A DNA stretch of 64,000 nucleotides. Origin: Armatimonadota bacterium. GTDB taxonomy: Bacteria; Armatimonadota; UBA5829; DTLH01. The first letter of the stretch is position 1; each line of letters begins with the position of its first letter. Made by a program: the position numbers and the translations under genes. Below, one piece after another: positions 50,577 to 59,046 of the stretch. Below the pieces are notes generated by a model. It was not told where the DNA came from. It did no database searches and saw only the letters and a list, made by a program, of their open reading frames with translations. The stretch is from contig JBDKUN010000009.1 in NCBI GenBank assembly GCA_039679675.1, forward strand, positions 22,863 through 86,862, in the 5' to 3' direction.

Positions 50577-51026
50577 ATGAATAAGCGCTTATCGAAGATT
50601 ATAAAATGGGTGCTGTTGTCTTTGGGTGTTTGCGGTGTACTGTACGGGGCTTTTGTCTTGTATGCAATTCACATGATGCTGCAGCCGACGAACGATAGAG
50701 ATAACCATGACCCCGCAAAGCAAAAGGAGATGCTGAGAATAACCTTGGATGTGGGGGATTTGGCGCCGATTCCCAAAAACGCTGCCATCAAGACAATAAA
50801 GACCGATGGCAATATGTTTACCCGAAGTTTCCAAGTGATTTTTACTGCCGATCCAAAGACGATCAAGGAGTGGCTGCATGCATCGAACGGTATACAAAAA
50901 GCCAAGATAGAGAAGAGTGGCAGTGTATTGACCTATGTGCTCAAGCCCAGGCTGAGCTATAACTACGCGGAAGTTTTGGTCGACTACGCTGCTTCTACTG
51001 TGACTATAAACGTGGAATGGTCCTGA
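50577..51026 (+). CDS. Hypothetical membrane-anchored protein
   Basis: N-terminal TM helix and a soluble ~110-aa domain. Confidence 0.6.
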   Translation: MNKRLSKIIKWVLLSLGVCGVLYGAFVLYAIHMMLQPTNDRDNHDPAKQKEMLRITLDVGDLAPIPKNAAIKTIKTDGNMFTRSFQVIFTADPKTIKEWLHASNGIQKAKIEKSGSVLTYVLKPRLSYNYAEVLVDYAASTVTINVEWS

Positions 51027-51050
51027 ACTGGTTCAGAATTAGGAGAAAAG

Positions 51051-51650
51051 ATGCTTTCCAGACTACAATCCGAAATATTGGATGCTATCTTTGGCATTTG
51101 CGTAGGTGTGGTTGCGGTATGCGTCGCAGGAGCAGCATTTTACGGCCTGCCAATAGTTAATCCCATATGTTGGTGTATCGTACCAACAGCCATAATCCTG
51201 ATTGTTGGAAGTTTTATATCCGGCGGATTGCTAACTGGTATACTGCTCAGGAATAGCCGCAGGATTATACTGATATATGCATCAGTATCTATAATACTTG
51301 CATACTCTCTAACCTGGTTTCGTGATATATGGTCAAATTGGAGCTGGATGATTGCCATATTTCTCGCACTCGCGCCTGCCGGACTGTTCCTTTCCCAGAT
51401 TAACATCCGTCGCTGGCATGCTGTTAAAATTCCACGGGTAATTTCCATCATCTATCTTGTATTAGTTTTATCTATAGGGCTTTGCGGCGCTTATATAGCG
51501 GCCCCATTCTTTATAACTCAGCACGATAATGCGAGTATCCAATTCAGAACTTCTACCACTGCAGTATATGCGCTTGCTGCGTTGGTCGTTGTGCTGCGCT
51601 TGCGAAAACTAATAGATGGTTTCGCACTCGATGCAGCCATGATGGAGTGA
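51051..51650 (+). CDS. Hypothetical multi-pass membrane protein
   Basis: AGGAG RBS; about 6 hydrophobic segments; AT-rich. Confidence 0.6.
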   Translation: MLSRLQSEILDAIFGICVGVVAVCVAGAAFYGLPIVNPICWCIVPTAIILIVGSFISGGLLTGILLRNSRRIILIYASVSIILAYSLTWFRDIWSNWSWMIAIFLALAPAGLFLSQINIRRWHAVKIPRVISIIYLVLVLSIGLCGAYIAAPFFITQHDNASIQFRTSTTAVYALAALVVVLRLRKLIDGFALDAAMME

Positions 51651-51653
51651 AAA

Positions 51654-52094
51654 ATGTTAACTGTATTGGTAAGTCATATTCGCTGGTATACATTTTTAGT
51701 GGCTACCGCAGTTATTGTAAGCTGGATTACTGCTGGCGACTGTATAGTCAGTCGGTTAAATGTTCCTGCGGGGCTGTTAAAGGGTCCAGAATTCGACAAA
51801 TATTTACTCTGGGGTATGACTGCAACAGCTCTGAGTTATGTTGGCTGGCTTCTTATACAGAATCAACGCTGGGGAACTGAGTCTATTCGACGGTGGCAAA
51901 CTTATATTGGTATACTCATAGCTCTGGCCGGAGCGATTCCTGCATGCACAATTCTTCAGAATATTGCGCAGTTGAACCAAGGTTTATCTGCTCTGGTAAT
52001 AGCACTTACAATTGCGGGAATTATTGCCAAGATAGTAATCATTGGATATTGGGCGACTATTATGCTGCCTGCCGTATATAGAAGACTGCATTGA
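51654..52094 (+). CDS. Hypothetical multi-pass membrane protein
   Basis: About 4 hydrophobic segments; adjoins the previous ORF. Confidence 0.55.
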   Translation: MLTVLVSHIRWYTFLVATAVIVSWITAGDCIVSRLNVPAGLLKGPEFDKYLLWGMTATALSYVGWLLIQNQRWGTESIRRWQTYIGILIALAGAIPACTILQNIAQLNQGLSALVIALTIAGIIAKIVIIGYWATIMLPAVYRRLH

Positions 52095-52300
52095 GGCGAT
52101 ATATTATGAAAAGCTTGTATGATACCAATATGGGTAATTGATGGGGCAGAACCAGTTGGATGTGGCTCCGATTCCTAAAAGCGCTATCATTAAGACAATA
52201 AAGACCGATGGCAATATGTTTATATGTAGCATCTACATAGGAAGTGGACAAAGTATTGCTTCACAGGCGGCGAGATTATAGGTGAAAGGTATGATTTATT

Positions 52301-52831
52301 ATGATATTCAATCCAGTTCGCCTTCGTATAGAAATAGCTGTGATTATCATTGGAGTATTATTTTGGTCGATGTTGCTAGTTTATGGTGTGTATGATGCAT
52401 ATCGTGGCATTAGCAGCGGTTTACCAAAATATACTGATACTTTATGGTGGCTATTTGTTTGGCTGCCTGCTTTATGCACAACTGCTTTAACTGAAATAGC
52501 ATTACTCTGGGCTATGAAAGCAATGTGGTTGTATATGTACGGGTATAAGCTAATCAATTCTACACTTGAGGCTTTCGATCCAGTTTCTCGTAGACGATGG
52601 TCAGTTGATCTTAAGTCCGTGTGCAAGATTCGAGTCTACTATATCCCAAATGGCACACGTATAGTTGGAGCAGAAACAGGTTGTACACTTATAGATAATC
52701 GAGGGAGAAGTTTGAATATTACGAAGGCACTACCAATTTGGTCTGCTATATTAAACCAATGTAAAGGTATCAATGTTATGAAATGTAGAAAACCTTGGTG
52801 GATCAAAGGCAATGGTGAGGTTTCTATCTGA
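52301..52831 (+). CDS. Hypothetical membrane protein (2 TM + soluble domain)
   Basis: 176-aa ORF in AT-rich DNA. Confidence 0.55.
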   Translation: MIFNPVRLRIEIAVIIIGVLFWSMLLVYGVYDAYRGISSGLPKYTDTLWWLFVWLPALCTTALTEIALLWAMKAMWLYMYGYKLINSTLEAFDPVSRRRWSVDLKSVCKIRVYYIPNGTRIVGAETGCTLIDNRGRSLNITKALPIWSAILNQCKGINVMKCRKPWWIKGNGEVSI

Positions 52832-52840
52832 AATATAGAA

Positions 52841-53060
52841 ATACTTCGATGCAAAAAAGCTCGCGCCGAAGCTAATCTACCGGGCATGATGCGTAGACAT
52901 TAAAGACCCAGATTGTGGATGTTTATGAGAGAATATTAGTGCAAATTGCGCTAAAATGCGATGCAAAAGTATAAAATGGCTGCTGTGCAGCCATATCAAC
53001 GACTAACCAGCGCCCGGTCCGTTCAAAATCGGACCGGGCAGCCACTACAATACAGGTGAC
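52841..53060 (+). repeat. Cassette-associated repeated element, copy 1
   Basis: Shared with 55925-56144 and partly with 54491-54590. Includes GCCCGGTCCG-ttcaaaat-CGGACCGGGC at 53012-53039. Confidence 0.9.
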
Positions 53061-53110
53061 CTATATGTGAAGGAAGGATCAACCCCGACTCGAGCGGCAA
53101 TGAGACACCT

Positions 53111-53713
53111 TTGATGAAGTATGATGCCTATGGAGCCATCCGAAACACGGATTCAAGCACTTCCGGCAGCAACAAGTTCTGCGGCGGACTTGGCCACACA
53201 GTGGAAGACTCCACCGGACTTACCTACATGCGCGCCAGATACTACGACCCCAACTTGGGCAGGTTTATCTCCCAAGATTCTGAAGGGAATGGAATAAACT
53301 GGTTTGTATACTGTGGAAATAATCCTGTAAACAAGATTGATTGTGATGGAAAGAAGGCATTAGACCCCGATCAATGGACGTCTTACGAGAAGTTTATGTT
53401 AGGAAGTGCAGGGATGTTCGCTATAAGTCTAGTGCTTGTTAAAGCTCCACTTACTGGTCTGGGCTTCGCAGCTTTTGGGATTCCTTTTATTGCTAGCGCT
53501 TCGCTTGCTATGTCTGGTGCAACTGGCTTGAAATTTGGTGAAACATATGACATGGTAACGTCGTTAGGAGGAACAGCAATTGCATATTATATGGTAATAC
53601 TGCCATCACTTGGAAAGCTAGATGCTATTCCTGGATTTGGGATGGGCGCAGCAGTTGCATCCACATGGGCTATGGTGGTAACAACCGCCACGCTATACGC
53701 ACTGTATTTCTAA
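53111..53713 (+). CDS. Orphan Rhs core C-terminus plus hydrophobic toxin tip 1
   Basis: YDAYG...GLTYMRARYYDPNLGRFISQD...YCGNNPVNKIDCDG, followed by a variable Gly/Ala-rich hydrophobic tip. Confidence 0.85.
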   Translation: MMKYDAYGAIRNTDSSTSGSNKFCGGLGHTVEDSTGLTYMRARYYDPNLGRFISQDSEGNGINWFVYCGNNPVNKIDCDGKKALDPDQWTSYEKFMLGSAGMFAISLVLVKAPLTGLGFAAFGIPFIASASLAMSGATGLKFGETYDMVTSLGGTAIAYYMVILPSLGKLDAIPGFGMGAAVASTWAMVVTTATLYALYF

Positions 53714-53826
53714 TGCAGTTGGATATTAGAATGAAAAGAGTGGTGCCGTTATTATAGATTCTTTCAGAATAATGTCGGTACCACTTTATTTAATAACACC
53801 ATTAAGATATATGAGAGTGGATATTT

Positions 53827-54471
53827 ATGTCACGTGTCTTCGACTTTGGAATATTTGTAATTGCGATTACATTGACTGTTTTCGTCAGCTATAAGCTTCA
53901 AGTAGCACCTGTAGGAGCATTTGCGTTTGATGATCGCGTTACTTGGGGTGCTAGATCCAGCTTATGGTATATACCAACACTTTGGCTTATTGTAGCTGCC
54001 GTTTCGCTCCCGTACACTCCAAAAGTCAGGTCTTTTGCTGCTGCGACTTTCTCATTGTTTCGAGTATGGGGTACTTCGTTACTCTGCCGTATTCTTCTAT
54101 TTGCCCCACTAGCAATCTATCTAAATCGGCACAATGACATGTTATCTGTGTATAGCTTCGGCAAAGCTGGTAGCAACATATACGATGCAAAATCCATATT
54201 AATCTTGGTTGCCACCTTGTTGGCTGGCCTATTAAGCTCGCTTGCGCCATTTATTATATTGGGAGTCTTCTCACGGCTGCGGTTTGTTGCCGTAATAGCT
54301 GCTTTCCTTCTTCATATGGCAGTTTTGCAACTGCTTATAATCAAGTTCGGTAATCTAGCTGTATTAGTTATTACACCATTTTATATTAACTTTGTAATTT
54401 TAATCTATCTGAAGCCTGCACAACGCGCTTGGAGTAAAATCACAGCTGTTCTTCGAGAACGGCAAGCTTAA
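53827..54471 (+). CDS. Multi-pass membrane protein, putative immunity protein
   Basis: Directly follows the Rhs tip; hydrophobic; AT-rich. Confidence 0.55.
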   Translation: MSRVFDFGIFVIAITLTVFVSYKLQVAPVGAFAFDDRVTWGARSSLWYIPTLWLIVAAVSLPYTPKVRSFAAATFSLFRVWGTSLLCRILLFAPLAIYLNRHNDMLSVYSFGKAGSNIYDAKSILILVATLLAGLLSSLAPFIILGVFSRLRFVAVIAAFLLHMAVLQLLIIKFGNLAVLVITPFYINFVILIYLKPAQRAWSKITAVLRERQA

Positions 54472-54490
54472 TGTAAGCGTTGTTGAATAT

Positions 54491-54590
54491 AAAAGTATAG
54501 AATGGCTGCTTTATAGCCATATCAACGACTAACCAGCGCCCGGTCCGTTCAAAATCGGACCGGGCATCTAATAAAAACACATGTGACCTA
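54491..54590 (+). repeat. Cassette-associated repeated element, copy 2 (5'-truncated)
   Basis: TAGAATGGCTGC...ATATCAACGACTAACCAGC plus the palindrome at 54538-54565. Confidence 0.9.
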
Positions 54591-54616
54591 TATGTGAAGG
54601 AAGGATCAACCCCGAC

Positions 54617-55213
54617 TTGAGCGGCAATGAGACGCCTTTGATGAAGTATGATGCCTATGGAGCCATCCGAAACACGGATTCAAGCACTTCCGGCAGCAAC
54701 AAGTTCTGCGGCGGCCTTGGCCACACAGCGGAAGACTCCACCGGACTTACCTACATGCGCGCCAGATACTACGACCCGGCGATTGGAAGGTTTATAAGCG
54801 AGGATCCTGCTGGGGATGGGGTGAACTGGTTTGTCTATTGTAGAAATAACCCGGTTAATTTACAAGATCAGGATGGCAAAAAGCCTTTGTCACCTGATCA
54901 AGCTACGGAACTTTTCCTTGGAGGTTATGCAATGGTTTGTGTGGGCAATTTTTTTGCCGTTGCATGTTTTGGGTGTTACTCGGCTACTGGAATCGGCATG
55001 TCCATTACAGGTTTGGCCTTAATGATAAAAGCCGCTACTATGGAGTCAAGTCTTAATCCTGGTGCATGGAGCCTCGCGCTTAGTATAGCTGCAGGCTGTG
55101 GAGCTACCATGTTTTTATCAAAAATAGATCCATATGCAACTGTATTTGAAACAGTGATATATGATTATGAGGCAGCGGTTACGGCATTTGTCGTAGCAGC
55201 CTTAATAGCGTAA
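54617..55213 (+). CDS. Orphan Rhs core C-terminus plus hydrophobic toxin tip 2
   Basis: Core nearly identical to copy 1 up to RYYDP. NPVNLQDQDG is followed by a different tip. Confidence 0.85.
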   Translation: MSGNETPLMKYDAYGAIRNTDSSTSGSNKFCGGLGHTAEDSTGLTYMRARYYDPAIGRFISEDPAGDGVNWFVYCRNNPVNLQDQDGKKPLSPDQATELFLGGYAMVCVGNFFAVACFGCYSATGIGMSITGLALMIKAATMESSLNPGAWSLALSIAAGCGATMFLSKIDPYATVFETVIYDYEAAVTAFVVAALIA

Positions 55214-55215
55214 AT

Positions 55216-55881
55216 GTGATGAGAATATTTGGCAGGTGCCTTTTGAGATTGACGACGCTATTCATTCTCTTGATAACTGCTGTGCTGGTATTTGTTGTCA
55301 GCAAGATGAGTGATGTAGTGCCCGCTGCATGGTTCGCCTATGGACGCAGCAATGATCTGGCTTTGCGTGTAATGTGGTGGATATGGCCTGTTCTTTACTG
55401 GGCCATGCTGTTGCATCACTTGCCAAGACATAGAGCTTCACGTTCATTTATGAGTTATTCTGCTTGGATAGGATTACTCATTATTGCTAGAGTGTTGATT
55501 CAATGGCCGATAATATGCGTACTGAAGTCAGATAATGCCATACTTCTAGTGCTAGATAAGAATCCTACAGGATTCCAATTCAATACACAGTTACTATGGG
55601 CATTAAGTTCATCTGGAGTGACCTTATCGGTTAGTATACTCACATTACTTGCATCATTGGTGTGCATTATAGCTATATGGTGGTTTTCCCGGTATTATAC
55701 CAGCTTACGTTCAATTACATTGTTTTTAATTATCATCGTAAATGTTCTGGTCCATCAATTAGCAACGATGATGCTGAGTCTAGGTTTAGTAGGTCTGACA
55801 GCTTTAGCGGCATTCCCAATCAGCGCCTTTTTGTTTCGGATACTCGAAGAGCCGAATGATTTTCAACCGCTGGAATGGTGA
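55216..55881 (+). CDS. Multi-pass membrane protein, putative immunity protein
   Basis: Starts 2 nt after the Rhs tip 2 stop; weakly resembles 53827-54471. Confidence 0.55.
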   Translation: MMRIFGRCLLRLTTLFILLITAVLVFVVSKMSDVVPAAWFAYGRSNDLALRVMWWIWPVLYWAMLLHHLPRHRASRSFMSYSAWIGLLIIARVLIQWPIICVLKSDNAILLVLDKNPTGFQFNTQLLWALSSSGVTLSVSILTLLASLVCIIAIWWFSRYYTSLRSITLFLIIIVNVLVHQLATMMLSLGLVGLTALAAFPISAFLFRILEEPNDFQPLEW

Positions 55882-55924
55882 TTTGCAAGTATAAAGTGTA
55901 TATGCTTCCTGCTTTAGTTTTGAG

Positions 55925-56144
55925 ATGCTTCGGTGCGCGATTTTTGCGCCGAAGCTAATCTACCGGGCATGATGCGTAGACATTAGAGAGCCATATTGTG
56001 GATGTTGATGAATGGATTTTAGTGCAAATCGCACTAAAGTGTGATGCAGAAGTGTAGAATGGCTGCTGTGCAGCCATATCAACGACTAACCAGCGCCCGG
56101 TCCGCTTTTGATGCGGACCGGGCAGCTACTAAAACACAGGTGAC
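55925..56144 (+). repeat. Cassette-associated repeated element, copy 3
   Basis: Full-length copy; palindrome at 56095-56123 with a different loop. Confidence 0.9.
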
Positions 56145-56152
56145 TTATCTAA

Positions 56153-56577
56153 ATGAACAAGTTGACAGCCTTCTTTCGTAAACCGATAGCTCTTGGGATA
56201 ATAGTAGCCCTCTTGGCAGGTGGTGGTCTGGTTCAATGTGGGGGCAAATAAAATCCAGAATTGCACCGTTTGCTGTTGGCGTATTGACTGCAAATTTTTT
56301 CGCAGGCACTGTAATCGCATTTTCCGCGAAAAATATTGAACATATACAGTCACTATCAGCTCTCAAACATGAGACATTGACCGCCATTTATATATCAGCC
56401 ACACTGTGTTCCCTGATCGGTGGACTCGTAGCTGCGTGGTGTGAACGCATTAATGCCAGAAGAAATGGCTATCCGCCACACATGCTAGTCTTGGCGATAA
56501 TAACTATATTGTTCCATGCATCATTTGTACTGCTAATTAACTGGCGAATAGGGTTATTGAGATTTGATAGCTTGTAA
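56153..56577 (+). pseudogene. Membrane protein gene, probably frameshifted (32-aa ORF from ATG 56153 overlapping the 113-aa ORF at 56236)
   Basis: AGGTG RBS leads to MNKLTAFFRKPIALGIIVALLAGGGLVQCGGK*. Hydrophobic coding continues in another frame. Confidence 0.4.
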
Positions 56578-56901
56578 TCAATCAAATGTGTTGAGGGCAG
56601 GCATAGATTACAGAAAAGACGCCTCTGGTGACATAAGGTGCCTGGGCAGTGTGCTTGGCGAGGTAGATTCGTTGCTTCGGACTGCTTGCTGCCGAAGCCG
56701 ACACCGTAGGTGTCGAGATCTGATTTCGAACCTTTCAGCCCGCTATGGGCGGCAAGCGATCCGCTGTAACTGCGGAAATCACGATCAACACTATAGGACC
56801 GTGGATGTCCAAAAACCAGCCTGCTATATGATATTCTGTATGGCACCTAATGCCTTTGATGGCTGGCGGAAAATATCAGGTCGGTAAGGAAGTATAGAGA
56901 A

Positions 56902-58872
56902 TTGAAACAGAATGAACATCAGGATGTTTGGTCTTTAGTTGGGGTGGATTTCGATGAAAAGCTGCCCCGGAGGACAGCAGTTGCCATAAAACACGATGAC
57001 TGGGACTTGCCTTTTGCTTATCCGACAGACTTCGGCAAGGTCGGTTATCAGATAGATACTGAAAAGGTGTCGGGTTATAATGAAGCCTCAGCTATCAGCC
57101 TGTCTTTTGCTGAGTATACCGTGAACAGGATTTATGGAACGCCCAACCTGCAGAAAAGCCAGTTCTTTTTCAAGAATATGCGGAGCTGCCCATCCGTCAT
57201 CGAACGGGAGATCGAGTCACCGGACACTCTGTTCAGCGTCGATGAGACATTTAGCCAGGCTTCGGACACGGGGTTTACCTGGAACCTCAGATGCAAAAAC
57301 CTGCACCGCTGGGACAGCCCGTTCAGAAGCGATGTTTTTACGATAGTGACCGTCCCGATAAAAGGGTGTACGGTAACATCCTCAGACAACACCGTAACCA
57401 TCAAATATGAAGGCGGGACCATCCATATAACGTCAAACCATGATAAAGTGGCCGTCTACAGGCATCTTGAGGGGTTCCTGGAAGACGCCGCTTCGGGCAA
57501 GATAGGTGAAGGTGATGGAGAAGGGCGATATGTGGTCTTTCATCACTTGCTTGAGATGGAACGCGGCCAGGAGCAGACGGTCAGGTTCGGCATCCATCTT
57601 GAAGACCCTGAAAAGGCACGTTCGGCTTTTGAACAGGACCCGCCGATAGGTAAGATCCGGCAAAAGTGGAACGAATGGTTTGCATCCCTATCAGCTCCGC
57701 ATTTTGACAGCGAAGACGAAATGAAGGCCTATTATAAGTGCTGGTGGGTCGTCCGGCTGAATTATTATCAGCATCCTGAGTGGGGAAAGACTGTCCTCGA
57801 AGCGTTTCCGGTCTATCGAGGCTATTGGCAGTGGGGTTTGACTGCTATGGAGACAATCAGCCGGTACAATCGGGAAATCGGCGAGACCTATATCAAGAAC
57901 CTGCTGGATTTGTTCCTGAAGTATCAGCGCGAAGACGGTTACGTAACCCATGCCATTCACCTTGATGAAGAGGTCCCCGGTGAGGGATGGAGCAAACTGA
58001 ACCTGGTGCAGACTCCTCATGTGCCGTGGCTGGCAGTCAGATATTTCAACAATACGGGAGATGTAGACAGCCTGAGGCAGTGGTACCCGGGGTTAAAGCG
58101 GTATTATGACTTCCTCGTCAGACAGCGTGACAAAAACTACAGGGATCTGCACATGTGGGCGATCAAAGCTTCTTACGATACCGGGCTTGATACCACATCA
58201 GCATTTGACAGGGTAACCTACAATGAGGATGGACTGAAGGAAAGCCACTGCTATCCTGCAATATTCGCAGCCGAACGTGCCAGATACGAACAAGCTATGG
58301 CAAAGATAGCTGCGGTTATAGAAAATGGTGAAGAAGATTTCTGGAAAGTGCAGGCTGAAGAGACTGTTGCCGCAATGAACGAGCACCTGTGGGACGGCAG
58401 CAAGAAGTGGTATGGCGTCCTGCATGAAGACGGCACGCTCGATACCAGAGTCGGAGTGGACGGTCTGTTCGCGCTTGCCTATGGACTTGTAGAAAAAGAC
58501 AAAGCCGGATCGATGAAAGACAACTTCTGCAAACTCATAGCGCCGTTCGGAGTGCGGACTATGGCTCCTGATGAGAAAGATTATGCTGCCGGAGTCTACT
58601 GGCGCGGCCCTTCCTGGCCTAAATCAATGGCTATGGCAGGAGCTGCCGCAACGAAATACTATCCTGATCTGGTGGATGCCATCCATCAGGGCGCTGTCCG
58701 GTTTGCACTCAGATACCCCAGCATTTGGGAATGTATGAATGCAACAACAGGAGAAATCGGCAAGGCTGACGTCGGTTTGATCGCAACCCCGATGATATCT
58801 TCGAACGTAGGCGCAGGAGAGTTGATCGGTCTGTTCATACATCTGGGCGGACATGATATGCTGGAATTGTAG
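56902..58872 (+). CDS. (alpha/alpha)6 glycoside hydrolase (GH63/trehalase/MGH1-like)
   Basis: YRGYWQW, DTGLD, HLWD, YWRGPSWP, IWECMN. Confidence 0.78.
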   Translation: MKQNEHQDVWSLVGVDFDEKLPRRTAVAIKHDDWDLPFAYPTDFGKVGYQIDTEKVSGYNEASAISLSFAEYTVNRIYGTPNLQKSQFFFKNMRSCPSVIEREIESPDTLFSVDETFSQASDTGFTWNLRCKNLHRWDSPFRSDVFTIVTVPIKGCTVTSSDNTVTIKYEGGTIHITSNHDKVAVYRHLEGFLEDAASGKIGEGDGEGRYVVFHHLLEMERGQEQTVRFGIHLEDPEKARSAFEQDPPIGKIRQKWNEWFASLSAPHFDSEDEMKAYYKCWWVVRLNYYQHPEWGKTVLEAFPVYRGYWQWGLTAMETISRYNREIGETYIKNLLDLFLKYQREDGYVTHAIHLDEEVPGEGWSKLNLVQTPHVPWLAVRYFNNTGDVDSLRQWYPGLKRYYDFLVRQRDKNYRDLHMWAIKASYDTGLDTTSAFDRVTYNEDGLKESHCYPAIFAAERARYEQAMAKIAAVIENGEEDFWKVQAEETVAAMNEHLWDGSKKWYGVLHEDGTLDTRVGVDGLFALAYGLVEKDKAGSMKDNFCKLIAPFGVRTMAPDEKDYAAGVYWRGPSWPKSMAMAGAAATKYYPDLVDAIHQGAVRFALRYPSIWECMNATTGEIGKADVGLIATPMISSNVGAGELIGLFIHLGGHDMLEL

Positions 58873-59046
58873 ATATAACCCGGCTGCAATTCTTGCCATT
58901 ATTGTAGTATGCACTGCCAAAGCACACAATCACAAATTTCTGAGGTATACTGTAGTTGGGATTGGGATTCAATTTTCGGCTGATTGTTTAATCAGATAGA
59001 GATGGCTGAGTCAGCCGAAAACCTTCAATTGAAAGGAGATTCCACT

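Noticed and set aside
52841-56144. Repeats as a CRISPR array or integron attC sites
   Set aside because: Spacing is ~1.5 kb with whole genes between copies, and no cas or intI gene is in the window. GACTAAC is not RYYYAAC and no matching GTTRRRY closes the stem.
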